Notes under the pieces: model-generated
Database searches by the model: none
What the model was told of the DNA's origin: nothing
What the model saw: only the letters and a program-made list of their open reading frames with translations
Made by a program: the position numbers and the translations under genes
Virus record (IMG/VR): IMGVR_UViG_3300047323_000545
Strand: one strand, 5' to 3'
DNA length: 64,000 nt
Origin: a virus
Part shown: one piece after another, positions 62,182 through 64,000 of the stretch
How the letters are laid out: each line of letters opens with the position of its first letter
Position numbering within the stretch: position 1 is the stretch's first letter

Positions 62182-64000
62182 TCAGGTGCGCGGGAGCTGC
62201 GGGACAGCAGGCGGGGGGACAGAAGACTTGCCCTGCAGTTCTGCGGGGGTCAGCAGCTGCGCCTTGTTGCAGTTCGGGCAGACGTCCCCGGCGACGATGC
62301 CGTCGGTCGCGCCTGCCGCGTTGCCCATGTCCTGGGTCTGCGGTGCGGTCGCGTCCGCTCCGAACCCGCAGTGCAGGCAGTTCAGGTCCGGCACGCCGTC
62401 GCTGGGCTGGCCGTCCTTCGGCGTGCGCGGGGCCATCACGCTGAAGCGTCGGCGACGTGGGTCGTCCGGCTCCTCGGCCTGCTCCGGTCCCGGAGCCTCG
62501 TCGGACACGTCCCGGTTCCAGGACCAGTGCGGCGTCTCACTCTCGTCGCCGGTGTAGTCGCCGGGGTGCGCCAGGATCGGCTCCTGCGGAGACCCCATAC
62601 CGGGGCCCTGGAAGCCACTGTCGTCATCGTCTTCCTGCAGGCCGCCTTCGGGACCCTCAGGCCCCTGCATACGCGGCATGTCAGGGCCGGGGGTGAACGG
62701 GTCTCCCATGCGGTCCGTGGCGCGGCCGGGCAGCTCGCGCGGGCCTGCCTGGCCGCCCTGTTCCGGGTCGACCAACTGCGGCTGGGCGTTGACGTTGCCG
62801 TCCGGGTCGATCTCGTCCGGCTGGATCATGCCGTCGCCGTTGCGGTCGGAGACGGCCGGGCCCATCTGCTGGGTGCCGTCGAGCGCCTGGTCGCCGAACG
62901 GGGACGGCGGCAGGCCGTTCTCGTCGAGCTGGTCGGGGTCGACCATCTGCGGGTCGTCCTCGTCCAGCGGCTGCCCGTCGGGGCCCAACTGCTCCTCGCC
63001 GGGCTCCTCGCCCTGCTGCGGCATGCCGGTGCCGTCGTCGTTGACGCGCTGCAGTTCGCCGTTGTTGTCGACCAGGGAGGGGTCGACGATCTGCTTGCGC
63101 AGGTCGAGCTGCTTGGCCTTGTCCAGGTCCGGGTCGCGGAACTGCTCCGGCGGGTTGATGAACCCGCAGATCTGGCACTGGATCCCGTCGAAGGTGTCCT
63201 TGTCGCCGCAGACCGGGCAGTTCTCCTCGCGGAGCGTGTCGACGTCGGCCGGGGCCTTGATCTCCCCGTACGCCAGCGCGCTGATGGATCCATCGGCGTT
63301 GATCATGACGGCGTCAACCACCTTCGCCACGTGGGAGTTGCCCTGCTCCTTCAGCTCCGGCGCGTGCTCGCCCGCAAAGCCCTTCCAGTGGCCCTTGATG
63401 TTCTCCTCGGCCTTGTTACGCCCCGCGCCCAGGTTCTTGGCGCTGGCGTTCGCGTTGGCCTGGTCCTCGGCGGTGTTGAGGCGCTGGCGCACCAGCCAGG
63501 TCACGGCCTGCACCTGGTGTGCGGCGACCGGCTTGCCCTCCTTCTCGGAGATGGCGGCGGCGGCGTTGCGGTAGGTGTTGGCGGCGTGCTCGTAGTAGTG
63601 CCGGGCGTGCTTGCCGCTCTGGGCGCCAGGGAAGCCCTGGTGGGCGTCGTTCTCGACGTCGGTGATCCGGCGCCCGGCCGCCACGGACAGTGCGTGCCGG
63701 TCGACGACCACCCGGCCGGACAGCCGACGCTCGGCGCCGGACTTCTTCTCCTCGTCGGTCTGCGGTTCGTAGCCGCCGTGCTCGATGAGGTGCGCGAAGT
63801 CCTGGGTCTTCGGTGCCTTCAGGACCGGCTGGTGGTGCTCGCCGTCCATGATGCGCTGCGCCTTGTCGGCGTGCATGCCCATGGTGACGGTGTGCGCGGG
63901 CTTGTCCGGGTCGTCCTTGAGCGGCCGGACGGCCGCCTGCCGGTGGAAGGAGTGGGCCGCGTTGAACATGTTCATCGGCCAGTTGGTGCGCGGGCTGTAG
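62182..64000 (-). CDS. C-terminal part of a large multidomain head protein (HhH-glycosylase-like domain, two zinc ribbons, acidic linker); 5' end outside the window
   Basis: Frame open to the window end (YSPRTNWPMN); VVVDRHA and QVQAVTW; CPVC..CQIC; CLHC..CPNC. Confidence 0.6.
   Translation of the reverse strand, partial: YSPRTNWPMNMFNAAHSFHRQAAVRPLKDDPDKPAHTVTMGMHADKAQRIMDGEHHQPVLKAPKTQDFAHLIEHGGYEPQTDEEKKSGAERRLSGRVVVDRHALSVAAGRRITDVENDAHQGFPGAQSGKHARHYYEHAANTYRNAAAAISEKEGKPVAAHQVQAVTWLVRQRLNTAEDQANANASAKNLGAGRNKAEENIKGHWKGFAGEHAPELKEQGNSHVAKVVDAVMINADGSISALAYGEIKAPADVDTLREENCPVCGDKDTFDGIQCQICGFINPPEQFRDPDLDKAKQLDLRKQIVDPSLVDNNGELQRVNDDGTGMPQQGEEPGEEQLGPDGQPLDEDDPQMVDPDQLDENGLPPSPFGDQALDGTQQMGPAVSDRNGDGMIQPDEIDPDGNVNAQPQLVDPEQGGQAGPRELPGRATDRMGDPFTPGPDMPRMQGPEGPEGGLQEDDDDSGFQGPGMGSPQEPILAHPGDYTGDESETPHWSWNRDVSDEAPGPEQAEEPDDPRRRRFSVMAPRTPKDGQPSDGVPDLNCLHCGFGADATAPQTQDMGNAAGATDGIVAGDVCPNCNKAQLLTPAELQGKSSVPPPAVPQLPRT

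Larger units (their letters stand above)
1..64000. mobile_element. Part of a large actinobacterial myophage genome, probably a phage-plasmid (Bxz1/cluster C-like virion module, own replisome, Rep/ParA islands)
   Basis: Contiguous capsid, neck, sheath, tube, tape measure, baseplate and fibre genes plus dnaE/primase/helicase/recA; no host housekeeping context; parA and Rep-like genes on the opposite strand. Confidence 0.9.

Noticed and set aside
2-63574. Many long plus-strand ORFs (e.g. 4361-6460, 18370-20403, 36788-38737, 41605-43731)
   Set aside because: They are antisense shadows of high-GC3 minus-strand genes and carry no recognisable motifs.

Overview
This is high-GC actinobacterial DNA, most likely from Streptomyces, and the whole window belongs to one large myovirus-type phage genome with almost all genes on the minus strand. 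The left ~24.5 kb is a self-sufficient replication/recombination module: Cas4-like nuclease, resolvase-like nuclease, RecA, DnaE, SSB-like protein, primase, DnaB-like helicase, DnaC-like loader, 5'-3' exonuclease, DinG and SNF2 helicases, plus WhiB, LuxR, XRE and MerR-like regulators. The right ~39.5 kb is the virion module: fibres, baseplate, hub, tape measure, frameshifted tail chaperones, tube, sheath, neck, decoration proteins, major capsid, scaffold-like protein and the C-terminal part of a large head protein. From memory (not searched), the capsid and gene order resemble the Bxz1/cluster C mycobacteriophage lineage. Two plus-strand islands suggest maintenance as a plasmid prophage. The first is a two-HTH Rep-like gene with a ~600-nt hairpin-rich leader and two inverted ~75-bp composite sites, one inside the gene. 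The second is parA plus a partner lacking ParB motifs, followed by two identical 23-bp palindromes. A bipartite motif, CTGT-N21-23-AAGGGGTGA, occurs 14 times, almost all directly upstream of virion genes, and is probably a phage-specific late promoter. The largest tail protein starts with an apparently intact poly-gamma-glutamate hydrolase domain. No CRISPR array, tRNA, rRNA, integrase or transposase was seen. All assignments come from motif reading, not database searches.
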